DNA of 64,000 bases from a virus: IMG/VR virus record IMGVR_UViG_3300043427_001796. The stretch is one strand, 5' to 3'. Made by a program: the position numbers and the translations under genes. This document shows, piece after piece, positions 49,920 to 59,651 of this stretch. Under the pieces are notes generated by a model. That model saw only the letters and a program-made list of their open reading frames with translations, did not search any database and was not told where the DNA came from. The stretch's first letter is position 1; each line of letters starts with the position of its first letter.

Positions 49920-50758
49920 TGCTTGGAACTCATTTTTATAACGAAGCAGTTGCTAAGACCATCAAAGGTTTTGGAACACTCTTTAATAATATCACACTAG
50001 AAACTGCTGATCCACAGGACGGATCTGTAATTACTAGACAGAAGGTTCCTCTGGCATACGGACCAAAGAATAAGTTCATCACAAGATTAGAAGAGAATCC
50101 AGAACTGCGTAAGGTTGCTATCACGCTTCCTCGTATCTACTTTGAGATGACAGGTATCTCATATGATTCTGCCAGGAAGACAAGTCCAACTAAGAAAGTA
50201 TTCAATACTTCAGAGAGTGACGGGGAAAGAACTGACCCAGCATTGATCAAGCAGTATGTTCCTGTTCCATACAACATGGAATTTGAACTAGGAATCTTAG
50301 CAAAGTCTCAGACAGATGGACTCCAGATTCTAGAACAGATTCTACCATTCTTCCAACCATCATTTAATATTAACATCAACTTTATTCCTCAGATGGAAGA
50401 GGTGAAGGATGTTCACATTAATTTAAACAATGTAGATTACGAAGATGACTGGGATGATGATTTTTTACAAAGAAGATTAATCACTTGGACTCTTAGATTT
50501 ACTGCCAAGTCATACATCTACGGACCTTACACCAAGGCAGATGTCATTCGTAAGGCACTGGTTTACGAAACTGCTGGTGGTATTGAGACTCCAAGACGAG
50601 CAGTGAAGATTGTCAAGGAAGTTGAGGCACTCGTTGATTACGATGGTGATGGTGATATTGATACAGCAGATCGTAATCTAGTTTCACCTGAGGATGTATT
50701 TGGTGATGACTTTGGATTTAATGAAGGTATCTTTATTGGGGATGAGGCACAAGAATGA
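49919..50758 (+). CDS. g15: Tail sheath stabiliser/terminator gp15
   Basis: FGTLFNNI, VPLAYGPK.KF, LPRI.FE, PVPYN, QILEQILPFFQP. Confidence 0.95.
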   Translation: MLGTHFYNEAVAKTIKGFGTLFNNITLETADPQDGSVITRQKVPLAYGPKNKFITRLEENPELRKVAITLPRIYFEMTGISYDSARKTSPTKKVFNTSESDGERTDPALIKQYVPVPYNMEFELGILAKSQTDGLQILEQILPFFQPSFNININFIPQMEEVKDVHINLNNVDYEDDWDDDFLQRRLITWTLRFTAKSYIYGPYTKADVIRKALVYETAGGIETPRRAVKIVKEVEALVDYDGDGDIDTADRNLVSPEDVFGDDFGFNEGIFIGDEAQE

Positions 50759-51174
50759 TGAATGAATTTGAAAAAACAATGGAAGAAACATTTGATATTC
50801 AAGTTGAAGAGTCCGCTCCTATTCAGGAATTTAAGCAGGCAAGAAAGAATACAAATGTTAATGACAGAGACAAAGACTATGAGTATGTTCGCGGCTCATT
50901 GTATGATCTGATTGAGAAGGGTCAGGAGGCGGTTAACGGCGCTCTGGAGATCGCTCAAGAGTCGGGGCACCCTCGTGCCTTTGAAGTGGCGGGAAACCTC
51001 ATCAAGCAGACCACAGAGATGGCTGAGAAGCTTACTGATCTTCATAGGAAGATGAAGGATCTAAATGCTGAGGAATCTGGACCAAAAAGTGTTACAACTA
51101 ATAACTCAATGTTCATTGGCAGCACATCTGATTTACAGAAGATGTTGAAGTCAATGGGCGTCAAGAATAAATAA
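50755..51174 (+). CDS. g16: Terminase small subunit gp16
   Basis: DYEYVR..LY.LIEKGQEA, HPRAFEV, F.GST.DLQK. Confidence 0.93.
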   Translation: MMNEFEKTMEETFDIQVEESAPIQEFKQARKNTNVNDRDKDYEYVRGSLYDLIEKGQEAVNGALEIAQESGHPRAFEVAGNLIKQTTEMAEKLTDLHRKMKDLNAEESGPKSVTTNNSMFIGSTSDLQKMLKSMGVKNK

Positions 51175-51182
51175 AAGTAAAA

Positions 51183-51440
51183 ATGTCTTATATTAGACAC
51201 GATAAAGATTGTAATCCAGTTTCTATCCAACCATCCTCAACTTCAGTAACTCTGTATGCTGGAACTGAGGGATGGTCAACTATTACATATGATGTCTGGA
51301 ATGGTGATTATGTTGCCAGACTATCAGATAACTCAACAAGAACACCAGGAACTTATCAAGCAAGAAATGCTGATAATACTACAAGAACTCCTGGAACATA
51401 TCAGCGTCGTGATAAAGATAACAATCCGGTATTAATCTAA
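51183..51440 (+). CDS. Small repeat protein
   Basis: 85-aa ORF with 15-aa tandem repeats; late promoter at 51167. Confidence 0.7.
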   Translation: MSYIRHDKDCNPVSIQPSSTSVTLYAGTEGWSTITYDVWNGDYVARLSDNSTRTPGTYQARNADNTTRTPGTYQRRDKDNNPVLI

Positions 51441-52831
51441 TGGCACAATATAGTAAGCATTACGAAGATTTCCTACCACAGGAAAAAACAAATTTTGAAG
51501 TAGTCATGATTGCCGATAACTTCGGTAAGTTGACTGCTGGAACTGGTGCCACTGCGGTTGATGCTTTTGGTCGTTTGAGAGTTGCTGAAACATTTACTCT
51601 CGGTGACTATAAGCATCTGTATTCTATTGATCCAAATTTTATTGACTTAAAAGAAAATGGCGGCGACATTCAATTTGCCGCTAACAAAGCATGTGCTGCG
51701 ATGACAACTACATCCAACACTGCTTCCCGTGCTGTACACCAGACAAAGTTTTATCACCACTACCAACCAGGCAAATCACAAGTTATCTTTAGCTCAGTAA
51801 GATTTGGATATGCTCAGCAGAATGTAACGAAAAGAACAGGATACTTTGATGATAGAGATGGCATTTACTTTGAGCAGGTTGGAAATGGAACTGCTGATGG
51901 CACAACAAATGGCACACTTAATTTTGTAGTTCGCTCCTATACTGGTGGTAGTGCCAGCGAAGCAACAGTAGGAAACTACAAGAGAAGAGTGCCACAATCA
52001 GAATGGAATATTGATCCATGTGATGGCACTGGTCCTTCCAAGTTTAATATCAATATTTCAAAAACTCAACTGATTTATATTGACTTTCAATGGCTTGGCG
52101 TTGGTAGAATTCGTTGTGGATTCGTTCATGATGGCGTAATTGTTTTAGCACACGAATACTACTGCTCAAATGAATTGACAGAAGTTTATATGTCTAATCC
52201 AAATCTTCCAGTGAGATGTGAGATTAGAAATACTGGCACAACTGCTGGTGGGTCTATGGATCAGATCTGCTCTACTGTGATGTCGGAAGGAGGATATATT
52301 GAAAATGGTATTGATTGGGCTGCTGCTACTGGAGCAACAAGAACAACCAAATCTCCTGGAGGAAGTTTATTTCCTTTAATGGCAATTCGTTTAAAAAATA
52401 GTTTTCAAGGTTATCCAAATAGAATTTCAGTAAGACCAAATACTTTAGGAATCTACGTTACTAGCGGTGATTGCTATTATGAATTAATTAAATTATCCAA
52501 TGCTACTCAATTGACTACAACATTGAATGGTGGCACATTGAATTGGATTTCTGCTAATGATAATAGTGGTGTTGAATATTGTATAAATGCTGAAACAATT
52601 ACAGGAACATTTGATATTTTTTCAGTTGGTATTATTCCAGCAGGTTCTTCACCAAACTCATTATCTCCCGTAACATATGGATCTATAACAACAGCAAAGA
52701 AAAATGTAATTACTCAAAATTTAGATTCCACTAATTCAGAGGTATTTGTGGTTGCTATTAAAACTGTTTCTACAGCAACTAATGATACATCGGTTGCTGC
52801 TTGTTCTCTACAATGGAGGGAGATCTACTGA
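51440..52831 (+). CDS. Virion structural protein, paralog of 43123..46035
   Basis: DAFGRLRV, YQPGKS, DGTGPS, WLGVG, NLPVR motifs. Confidence 0.78.
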   Translation: MAQYSKHYEDFLPQEKTNFEVVMIADNFGKLTAGTGATAVDAFGRLRVAETFTLGDYKHLYSIDPNFIDLKENGGDIQFAANKACAAMTTTSNTASRAVHQTKFYHHYQPGKSQVIFSSVRFGYAQQNVTKRTGYFDDRDGIYFEQVGNGTADGTTNGTLNFVVRSYTGGSASEATVGNYKRRVPQSEWNIDPCDGTGPSKFNINISKTQLIYIDFQWLGVGRIRCGFVHDGVIVLAHEYYCSNELTEVYMSNPNLPVRCEIRNTGTTAGGSMDQICSTVMSEGGYIENGIDWAAATGATRTTKSPGGSLFPLMAIRLKNSFQGYPNRISVRPNTLGIYVTSGDCYYELIKLSNATQLTTTLNGGTLNWISANDNSGVEYCINAETITGTFDIFSVGIIPAGSSPNSLSPVTYGSITTAKKNVITQNLDSTNSEVFVVAIKTVSTATNDTSVAACSLQWREIY

Positions 52832-52911
52832 GTTTACATAACTTAAGTAACTATTGTAACGGACGGATACACTCAAACTAAATATAATATTGTATCCTCT
52901 GGACTAAAAAC

Positions 52912-53148
52912 ATGGACATAAAGACCTGCCCTAAATGTGGGGCTCAGTGGATAGATGGGCAACACTATTGGACAGGAACTAATAAGAAAGGAAACGATAC
53001 AGAACTGGCATCTCTAGTGTGCGACAGATTTGGAGATGACACATGTATCAATCCAGTTAAAGGAACTACAGATGGTAGGGGATGGGAAGAAAGAATGGAG
53101 ACCCTACATAATTATGATAAGGAACTGAAGAATTATAATGAGCGGTAA
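52912..53148 (+). CDS. Small 4-Cys protein upstream of g17
   Basis: CPKCGAQW.DGQHYW...LVC....CINP. Confidence 0.75.
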   Translation: MDIKTCPKCGAQWIDGQHYWTGTNKKGNDTELASLVCDRFGDDTCINPVKGTTDGRGWEERMETLHNYDKELKNYNER

Positions 53149-54784
53149 TAAAGAATTATATCTTGGTAATCCCAATCTTAAAAAGGTTGGAGTTGAAATT
53201 GAATTTACCAAAGATCAAGTAGAAGAATATTTAAGATGTAAACAGGATCCCGTGTATTTCGCAAGAAACTACATGAAGATCATTTCTCTTGACGAAGGTA
53301 TTGTCCCATTTGAAATGTGGGACTTTCAGGAGAAACTGATTAGTGACTTCCATGAAAACAGATTTAACATTGCCAAACTTCCTAGACAGACTGGTAAATC
53401 AACGACTGTGGTTTCCTATCTGTTGTATTACGCTATCTTTAATGATAACGTCAACATTGGTATTCTGGCAAACAAAGCTTCAACTGCTAGAGACCTGTTA
53501 GGTCGTCTACAATTAGGTTACGAGAACTTACCTAAGTGGATGCAACAAGGTGTGGCAGTTTGGAACAAAGGTTCTATGGAATTGGAAAATGGATCCAAAA
53601 TCCTTGCCGCTTCTACATCTGCTTCTGCTGTCCGGGGTATGTCGTTTAACATACTCTTTTTGGACGAATTTGCTTTCGTGCCAAACCACATCGCAGAAGA
53701 ATTCTTTGCCTCTGTATATCCTACAATTACATCTGGTAAATCAACAAAGGTTATTATTATCTCTACTCCTTATGGTATGAACCACTTCTACAAGATGTGG
53801 ATGAATGCTGTGAATGGAAAGAATGGATATGTCTTTAATGAAGTTCATTGGTCTCAAGTTCCTGGAAGAGATGCTGATTGGAAAAGAATAACAATTGCCA
53901 ATACATCAGAGCGTCAGTTTACTCAAGAATTTGAATGTAACTTCCTGGGTTCGGTTGATACTTTAATTTCAGCATCCAAACTTCAAAATCTTACATTTGT
54001 TGATCCAATTAAATCAAATGCTGGATTAGATGTATATGAAAAGGCAATTGAAAATCATGAGTATATTATAACTGTTGACGTTGCTAGAGGTATTGGTGGC
54101 GACTACTCAGCATTTATTGTATATGATATTACTACATTACCGTATCGTATCGTTGCTAAGTATAGAAATAATACAATCAAACCAGTTCTATTTCCCAGTG
54201 TAATTTTTCAGGTAGCAAAAGAATATAATATGCCTTATATTTTATGTGAGGTAAATGATATTGGTGATAGTATTGCTTCCACATTAAATTACGATCTTGA
54301 ATATCCCAATGTGTTGATGTGTGCGATGCGTGGTCGTGCTGGTCAGATAGTTGGTCAGGGATTTTCTGGTAATAAGACTCAACTTGGTGTCAAGATGAGT
54401 GTGACTGTAAAGAAGATTGGATGTTCTAATTTAAAGGCAATTATTGAGGAAGATAAATTAATTTTTAATGACTATGAAATTTTATCTGAGTTAACAACAT
54501 TTATTCAGAAGAAACAATCATTTGAAGCCGATGAAGGATATCATGATGACTTAGTGATGTGTATGGTCTTGTTTGCCTGGTTGGTCATGCAAGATTATTT
54601 CAAAGAAATGACTGATCAAGATATTCGTAAAAGAATTTATGAGGATCAAAAAGATCAGATAGAACAGGATATGGCACCATTTGGATTTATAGATGACGGA
54701 CTTGGGGATGAGACTTTTGTAAGCGATGAGTCAGTTTGGTATGGACAATCTCAAGAAGAAGTTTCATACATGTGGAACTATTGA
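53138..54784 (+). CDS. g17: Terminase large subunit gp17
   Basis: YLGNPNLK, Walker A PRQTGKS, Walker B ILFLDEF, VDVARG and HDDLV nuclease motifs. Confidence 0.97.
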   Translation: MSGNKELYLGNPNLKKVGVEIEFTKDQVEEYLRCKQDPVYFARNYMKIISLDEGIVPFEMWDFQEKLISDFHENRFNIAKLPRQTGKSTTVVSYLLYYAIFNDNVNIGILANKASTARDLLGRLQLGYENLPKWMQQGVAVWNKGSMELENGSKILAASTSASAVRGMSFNILFLDEFAFVPNHIAEEFFASVYPTITSGKSTKVIIISTPYGMNHFYKMWMNAVNGKNGYVFNEVHWSQVPGRDADWKRITIANTSERQFTQEFECNFLGSVDTLISASKLQNLTFVDPIKSNAGLDVYEKAIENHEYIITVDVARGIGGDYSAFIVYDITTLPYRIVAKYRNNTIKPVLFPSVIFQVAKEYNMPYILCEVNDIGDSIASTLNYDLEYPNVLMCAMRGRAGQIVGQGFSGNKTQLGVKMSVTVKKIGCSNLKAIIEEDKLIFNDYEILSELTTFIQKKQSFEADEGYHDDLVMCMVLFAWLVMQDYFKEMTDQDIRKRIYEDQKDQIEQDMAPFGFIDDGLGDETFVSDESVWYGQSQEEVSYMWNY

Positions 54785-54789
54785 TTTTC

Positions 54790-54796
54790 ATAAATA
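54790..54796 (+). promoter_or_regulatory. Late promoter for g18
   Basis: ATAAATA intergenic. Confidence 0.7.
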
Positions 54797-54833
54797 ATTT
54801 TAGATTACATTTGGATGTCACGGAGAGAATCAC

Positions 54834-56996
54834 ATGGCCAGTCAAGTCTCGCCTGGAGTAGTTATTAGGGAGCGCGATCTTACTAATACAACTATCGTAA
54901 ATTCACAGGCTCTTAGAGCAGCTTTCGCTGCTGCTTTCCAAAAGGGTCCAGTTGAAACACCAGTAGCAATTAATTCCCAAAAAGAATTGGTAGATACATT
55001 TGGTGGTCCTGTTGATGCTAATGCTGAGGACTGGTTTGTTGCCTCAGAATTCCTCAACTATGGAGGTCGCCTCGTAGTATCTAGAGCAGTTTCTGCAGAT
55101 GTTGATACTGCAGATTCTGGAGCAGGAAATGAGGTTTCCGCAGTATCTCCAGGATCTTGGGGTAACGATCTTCAGGTAGTTGCAGTAGATAGAGGTTTTG
55201 ATCAAAAGATTGTTCTAGCTGCTGATCCAGCAGTTACAACTAACGGAACAACTTTGACCTTTGTTGGCGGAAAGACAGCAAAACTTTATAACTACGATGC
55301 TCCTACTAACACTGGATACATTGTTGGTGATACTATTGCTGCTGGAGACGAAGTTGATATTCCCGATACAGGTGTTGCTGTTAGTGGATCAATCACGGCA
55401 GGTGCTGCTGCAGATGCAGATAGAGTTGCCGGAACTTATACATACGTTGATCCAGTAAAAGGAGCATCAGTTGTTCTCGTTGTTGCTGACGCTGATGGAG
55501 CAGGTCCATTGACAGAAGGCGGTGCTGTCACATTAACGTCAGTTACTGGTGGTGCTGGATATGCAGTTGGAAATACAATCGTAGTTCCAGGCACATCTTT
55601 AGGTGGTGCAGCCCCAGCAGAAAACGTAACAGTAACCATCGGAGCTGTAATTAATGACGTAATTGAAGTTATATCAGTAGCAGATTGGTATAGAACTGAA
55701 ACAATTCAAGTTGGTTCTTTTTCTATCAAACTCAATCAGATTGGTCCTCGTCCAGGAACTTCAGCTCAAGGTGCTGATCTTGGATTTAGTGGAGATGAGT
55801 TTCACGTTGCTGTTATCTCTAAATCTACGGGAGTTGTTTTAGAAACATTCCAGTATCTGTCGAAGCTTCAGGGTGGTAAATCACCTGAAGGATTGAATAC
55901 ATATTACTTAACTTCAGTAAATCAAGGTTCGTCAACAGTAGTTCTAGGAAGCAATCCATTTGCGATTGTTACTAACTCCGGAGCAGATTGGACCGATGGT
56001 GTAAATGATAATGTAAATGATGTTGCACCTGGAGCTCTTGGAATCATTGGATATGAATCATTCTCACTCTCTGGTGGAGATGATGATGGATTTGATTATC
56101 CAAACGACGCACTGGAAATTTTCAGATCTTATGACGCTACTGATTTAGACTTTGTTCTGATGGGTGGTTCAAAGACTACGCGAGCAAATACATTAGCTAA
56201 GGCATCAACTGCAATTAGTATTGCTTCCGAAAGAAAAGATTGTATCGCTTTCATCTCTTCACACAGAGGGGATCAATTAACTAATGGAGATGTGCCACTT
56301 TCAGCATCTGCTTGCAAAGATAATATTCTAAGTTTCTTCTCCTCATTCCAATCAACATCCTATGCGGTATTTGATAGTGGTTATAAGTATCTCTATGATC
56401 GCTTCAATGATGTCTATCGTTACATTCCATGTAATGGAGATGTTGCTGGACTATGTGTATCCACCTCTGCACAACTTGCCGACTGGTATTCACCAGCAGG
56501 TTTAAACAGAGGTTCACTTAGAAATGCTGTTAAAATTGCATACAATCCATCGCAATCTGATAGAGACGACCTCTACTCAGAAAGAATTAATCCAATCGTT
56601 TCTCTCCGTGGAAGCGGTATTACTCTCTTTGGAGATAAGACAGCACTTTCTTCACCATCTGCATTTGATAGAATTAACGTTCGCCGTCTATTCCTCAATA
56701 TTGAGAGGCGAGTTGATGCTCTTGCACAGGGAGTTCTGTTTGAACAGAACGATACCGTCACAAGATCTGGTTTCTCTAGTGCTGTAAATTCTTATCTTGC
56801 TGAAATTAGAGCAGATAGAGGACTTACAGATTTCCTCGTTGTTTGTGACGAATCAAATAACACACCATCTGTTATTGATCGTAACGAGTTTGTTGCTGAC
56901 ATCTATCTACAACCAACACGCTCAATTAACTTCATTACCATCACATTAACTGCTACTAGAACTGGTGTTACATTCAGTGAAGTAACAGGAGTTTGA
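54834..56996 (+). CDS. g18: Tail sheath protein gp18
   Basis: SPGVVIRERDLT, WYSPAGLNRG, LFGDKT, FDRINVRRLF, P.RSINFI. Confidence 0.97.
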   Translation: MASQVSPGVVIRERDLTNTTIVNSQALRAAFAAAFQKGPVETPVAINSQKELVDTFGGPVDANAEDWFVASEFLNYGGRLVVSRAVSADVDTADSGAGNEVSAVSPGSWGNDLQVVAVDRGFDQKIVLAADPAVTTNGTTLTFVGGKTAKLYNYDAPTNTGYIVGDTIAAGDEVDIPDTGVAVSGSITAGAAADADRVAGTYTYVDPVKGASVVLVVADADGAGPLTEGGAVTLTSVTGGAGYAVGNTIVVPGTSLGGAAPAENVTVTIGAVINDVIEVISVADWYRTETIQVGSFSIKLNQIGPRPGTSAQGADLGFSGDEFHVAVISKSTGVVLETFQYLSKLQGGKSPEGLNTYYLTSVNQGSSTVVLGSNPFAIVTNSGADWTDGVNDNVNDVAPGALGIIGYESFSLSGGDDDGFDYPNDALEIFRSYDATDLDFVLMGGSKTTRANTLAKASTAISIASERKDCIAFISSHRGDQLTNGDVPLSASACKDNILSFFSSFQSTSYAVFDSGYKYLYDRFNDVYRYIPCNGDVAGLCVSTSAQLADWYSPAGLNRGSLRNAVKIAYNPSQSDRDDLYSERINPIVSLRGSGITLFGDKTALSSPSAFDRINVRRLFLNIERRVDALAQGVLFEQNDTVTRSGFSSAVNSYLAEIRADRGLTDFLVVCDESNNTPSVIDRNEFVADIYLQPTRSINFITITLTATRTGVTFSEVTGV

Positions 56997-57035
56997 TATT
57001 TAACCCCAAACAACAAAGATAAGAGGTAAACAAAA

Positions 57036-57674
57036 ATGGCATCAATTAGTAGTTTTATTGGAAAGATCGGACAAGGCGTTAAGCCTAATATGTTCCGTGT
57101 CGAAATTCCATTTCCAACAGGTGTTGGTCCTGGATCAACACCAAACGAGCAAGTAAACTTACTTTGTAAGTCTGCTGCTCTACCAGGATCTAGTCTTGGA
57201 GTGATTGAAGTTCCTTTCCGTGGAAGAACAATCAAAATTGCTGGAGACAGAACATTTGATACATGGTCCGCAACATTCTTTAATGATAAGGACATGAACA
57301 CCAGAGGATGGTTTGAGATGTGGCTTAATGGCATCAACAACCACAACCTTAATGGTGCTGATCTTCCAAACCTTGGTGGATCTGATGGTAGATATTCAGT
57401 AGATCTTAAAGTTCTTCAACTTGAAAGAGCTGCTGAAACTACAGAAGATAGCGCCAATACAAATTCTAATGCTATCAGAACATATCTTCTGAAGTATGCA
57501 TTCCCAACCTCAGTTTCTCAGATTGATCTTGCTTATGACAGCAATGATCAGATTGAAGAATTTACAGTTGAATTCCAGTATTCCTACTGGACAGCAACAC
57601 AAGGAAGAGGTCAAGGTGGAAGTATTCCTGACACTGGTGCTCAAATTGCAACAGCAAGCGGAACAACCACCTAA
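57036..57674 (+). CDS. g19: Tail tube protein gp19
   Basis: LCKSAALPGS.LG.IEVPFRGR..KIAGDRTFD.W, FPT.VS.IDL, IEEFTVEFQY. Confidence 0.96.
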   Translation: MASISSFIGKIGQGVKPNMFRVEIPFPTGVGPGSTPNEQVNLLCKSAALPGSSLGVIEVPFRGRTIKIAGDRTFDTWSATFFNDKDMNTRGWFEMWLNGINNHNLNGADLPNLGGSDGRYSVDLKVLQLERAAETTEDSANTNSNAIRTYLLKYAFPTSVSQIDLAYDSNDQIEEFTVEFQYSYWTATQGRGQGGSIPDTGAQIATASGTTT

Positions 57675-57724
57675 TAACTAAGGTCTATAAATAGGTCATA
57701 GCACAGTTATAGACCTTATGTTAT
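57674..57724 (+). promoter_or_regulatory. Late promoter TATAAATA overlapping 5' arm of hairpin that covers g20 start
   Basis: TAAGGTCTATAA 57679-57690 / TTATAGACCTTA 57707-57718 perfect; extends ATAAC/GTTAT into the ATG; promoter at 57686-57693. Confidence 0.8.
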
Positions 57725-59429
57725 GAGTAAATTATTTGGATTTCTCATTAATAAAAGGGCGGATCAGGTAGGTCAATCTCCTGTTCCGCCCACTTCTAAT
57801 GAAGATATTACTACAGTTGCCGGTGGATACTTCGGCACATATGTTGATGTGGAGGGTGGTAATGCAAGAAATGAGTTTGAACTCATCAAGCGTTATCGTG
57901 CCATGGCTCTTCATCCAGAGATTGACTCTGCCGTGGATGAGATTGTAAATGAATTTTTAGTTACCGATGCCAATGATGCTCCGGTAGAAATTGAATTATC
58001 AAATTTAAATGTTGGTGCTAATTTAAAAAATAAAATTAGAGATGAATTTGATTACATCTTGAAAATGTTAGATTTTGATTTAAACGCACATAATATTATT
58101 CGTCAATGGTATATTGATGGTCGTTTATATTATCACAAAGTAGTTGATCTTGCTAATCCAAATAAGGGAATCACAGAACTGAGACAGATTGATCCTCTTA
58201 AAATTAAGAAAGTAAGACAAAAGATTGGAAAAGATTCATCAGATGAACATGCTTTAAAGGGCACAGCATTAGAATATGATTGGGGGGAGTATATTGATTA
58301 TTATGTTTATAACCCCAGAGGATTTGGCGGGAACATGCCTGCCGTAAGCGGAATATCTGATTACGGAATTTCTCAAGGAGTTCGTATTGCTTCGGACGCA
58401 ATTACATATTGCGGATCTGGACTCCAAGATATGACTAAAAAGATGACTCTTAGTTTCCTTCATAAAGCAATTAAAGTTCACAATCAACTGAGAATGATTG
58501 AGGACGCAATTGTTATCTATCGTTTATCACGCGCACCAGAAAGAAGAATCTTCTACATTGATGTAGGTAATCTTCCTAAGGTGAAAGCAGAGCAATATCT
58601 TCGTGATGTTATGGCTCGCTATCGCAACAAACTTGTATATGATGCTAACACAGGAGAGATTCGTGATGACAAAAAGCATATGTCAATGCTTGAAGACTTC
58701 TGGCTTCCTCGTCGTGAAGGCGGCAGAGGAACTGAGATCTCTGTATTACCAGGCGGTCAGAATCTTGGTGAACTCAAGGATCTTGAGTATTTCAAAAAGA
58801 AACTTTACAACTCACTCAATCTACCACCTTCCCGCCTTACTGATGACAACAAAGGGTTTAATCTTGGTAAGACCACAGAGGTTCTCAGGGATGAACTTAA
58901 GTTTACTAAATTCATCGGTCGTCTCCGTAAAAGATTTACAGAGATCTTCAACGATGTTCTGAAGACTCAACTGATTCTCAAAAAAGTTATTACCCCAGAA
59001 GATTGGGATGACATGAAGGAGCATATTCAATATGACTTCTTATTTGATAATCACTTCAATGAACTTAAGGAAGCAGAATTAAATCTTCAAAGAATTCAAA
59101 TCGCAACTCAATTTGATATGTTTGCTGGTAAGTATGTTTCTATTGAGTGGATCCGTAAGAAGGTTCTGATGCAAAGTGAGAAAGAATATAAGGAAATTGA
59201 TAAGCAAATGAATGCTGAAATTAGTATGGGTCTCATTATGGATCCTGCTGATGTCAATACCTTTGACATGATGGATCGTCAGAACCAAGCATTTGCGCCA
59301 GAGATGGATGCTCAAAATGCTGAGGATCAAATGATGAGGGATCAAGAAGCTGCGGATGCTGAACATCAAAGAGAACTTCAAAAAATGAAGGCTGCACCTA
59401 AACCTAAACCCTCTTCCTCGTCTAAATAA
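57723..59429 (+). CDS. g20: Portal protein gp20
   Basis: IYRLSRAPERRIFYIDVGNLPK.KAEQYL, EDFWLPRREGGRGTEI. Confidence 0.98.
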   Translation: MSKLFGFLINKRADQVGQSPVPPTSNEDITTVAGGYFGTYVDVEGGNARNEFELIKRYRAMALHPEIDSAVDEIVNEFLVTDANDAPVEIELSNLNVGANLKNKIRDEFDYILKMLDFDLNAHNIIRQWYIDGRLYYHKVVDLANPNKGITELRQIDPLKIKKVRQKIGKDSSDEHALKGTALEYDWGEYIDYYVYNPRGFGGNMPAVSGISDYGISQGVRIASDAITYCGSGLQDMTKKMTLSFLHKAIKVHNQLRMIEDAIVIYRLSRAPERRIFYIDVGNLPKVKAEQYLRDVMARYRNKLVYDANTGEIRDDKKHMSMLEDFWLPRREGGRGTEISVLPGGQNLGELKDLEYFKKKLYNSLNLPPSRLTDDNKGFNLGKTTEVLRDELKFTKFIGRLRKRFTEIFNDVLKTQLILKKVITPEDWDDMKEHIQYDFLFDNHFNELKEAELNLQRIQIATQFDMFAGKYVSIEWIRKKVLMQSEKEYKEIDKQMNAEISMGLIMDPADVNTFDMMDRQNQAFAPEMDAQNAEDQMMRDQEAADAEHQRELQKMKAAPKPKPSSSSK

Positions 59430-59453
59430 ATAATATCGTAAATTGATATAGTT

Positions 59454-59651
59454 ATGTCAGAAACTTTACAATCAATATCAAAGGCAGTAGATCAGGTTGC
59501 TTCTGGTAATAGATCTAATGCAATTGATCTTATCAATGATGTGATGATGGCAAGATCTTCAGAAGTATTAGATGCTTACAAAGAGATTCTTGCTAACACA
59601 ATGTATGATGAAATCATGGATAAAACATCCGCACAGGAACAAGAAGAATGA
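59454..59651 (+). CDS. Small prohead core-like protein
   Basis: 65-aa helical ORF between g20 and g21 (gp67/68 position); late promoter at 59426. Confidence 0.65.
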   Translation: MSETLQSISKAVDQVASGNRSNAIDLINDVMMARSSEVLDAYKEILANTMYDEIMDKTSAQEQEE

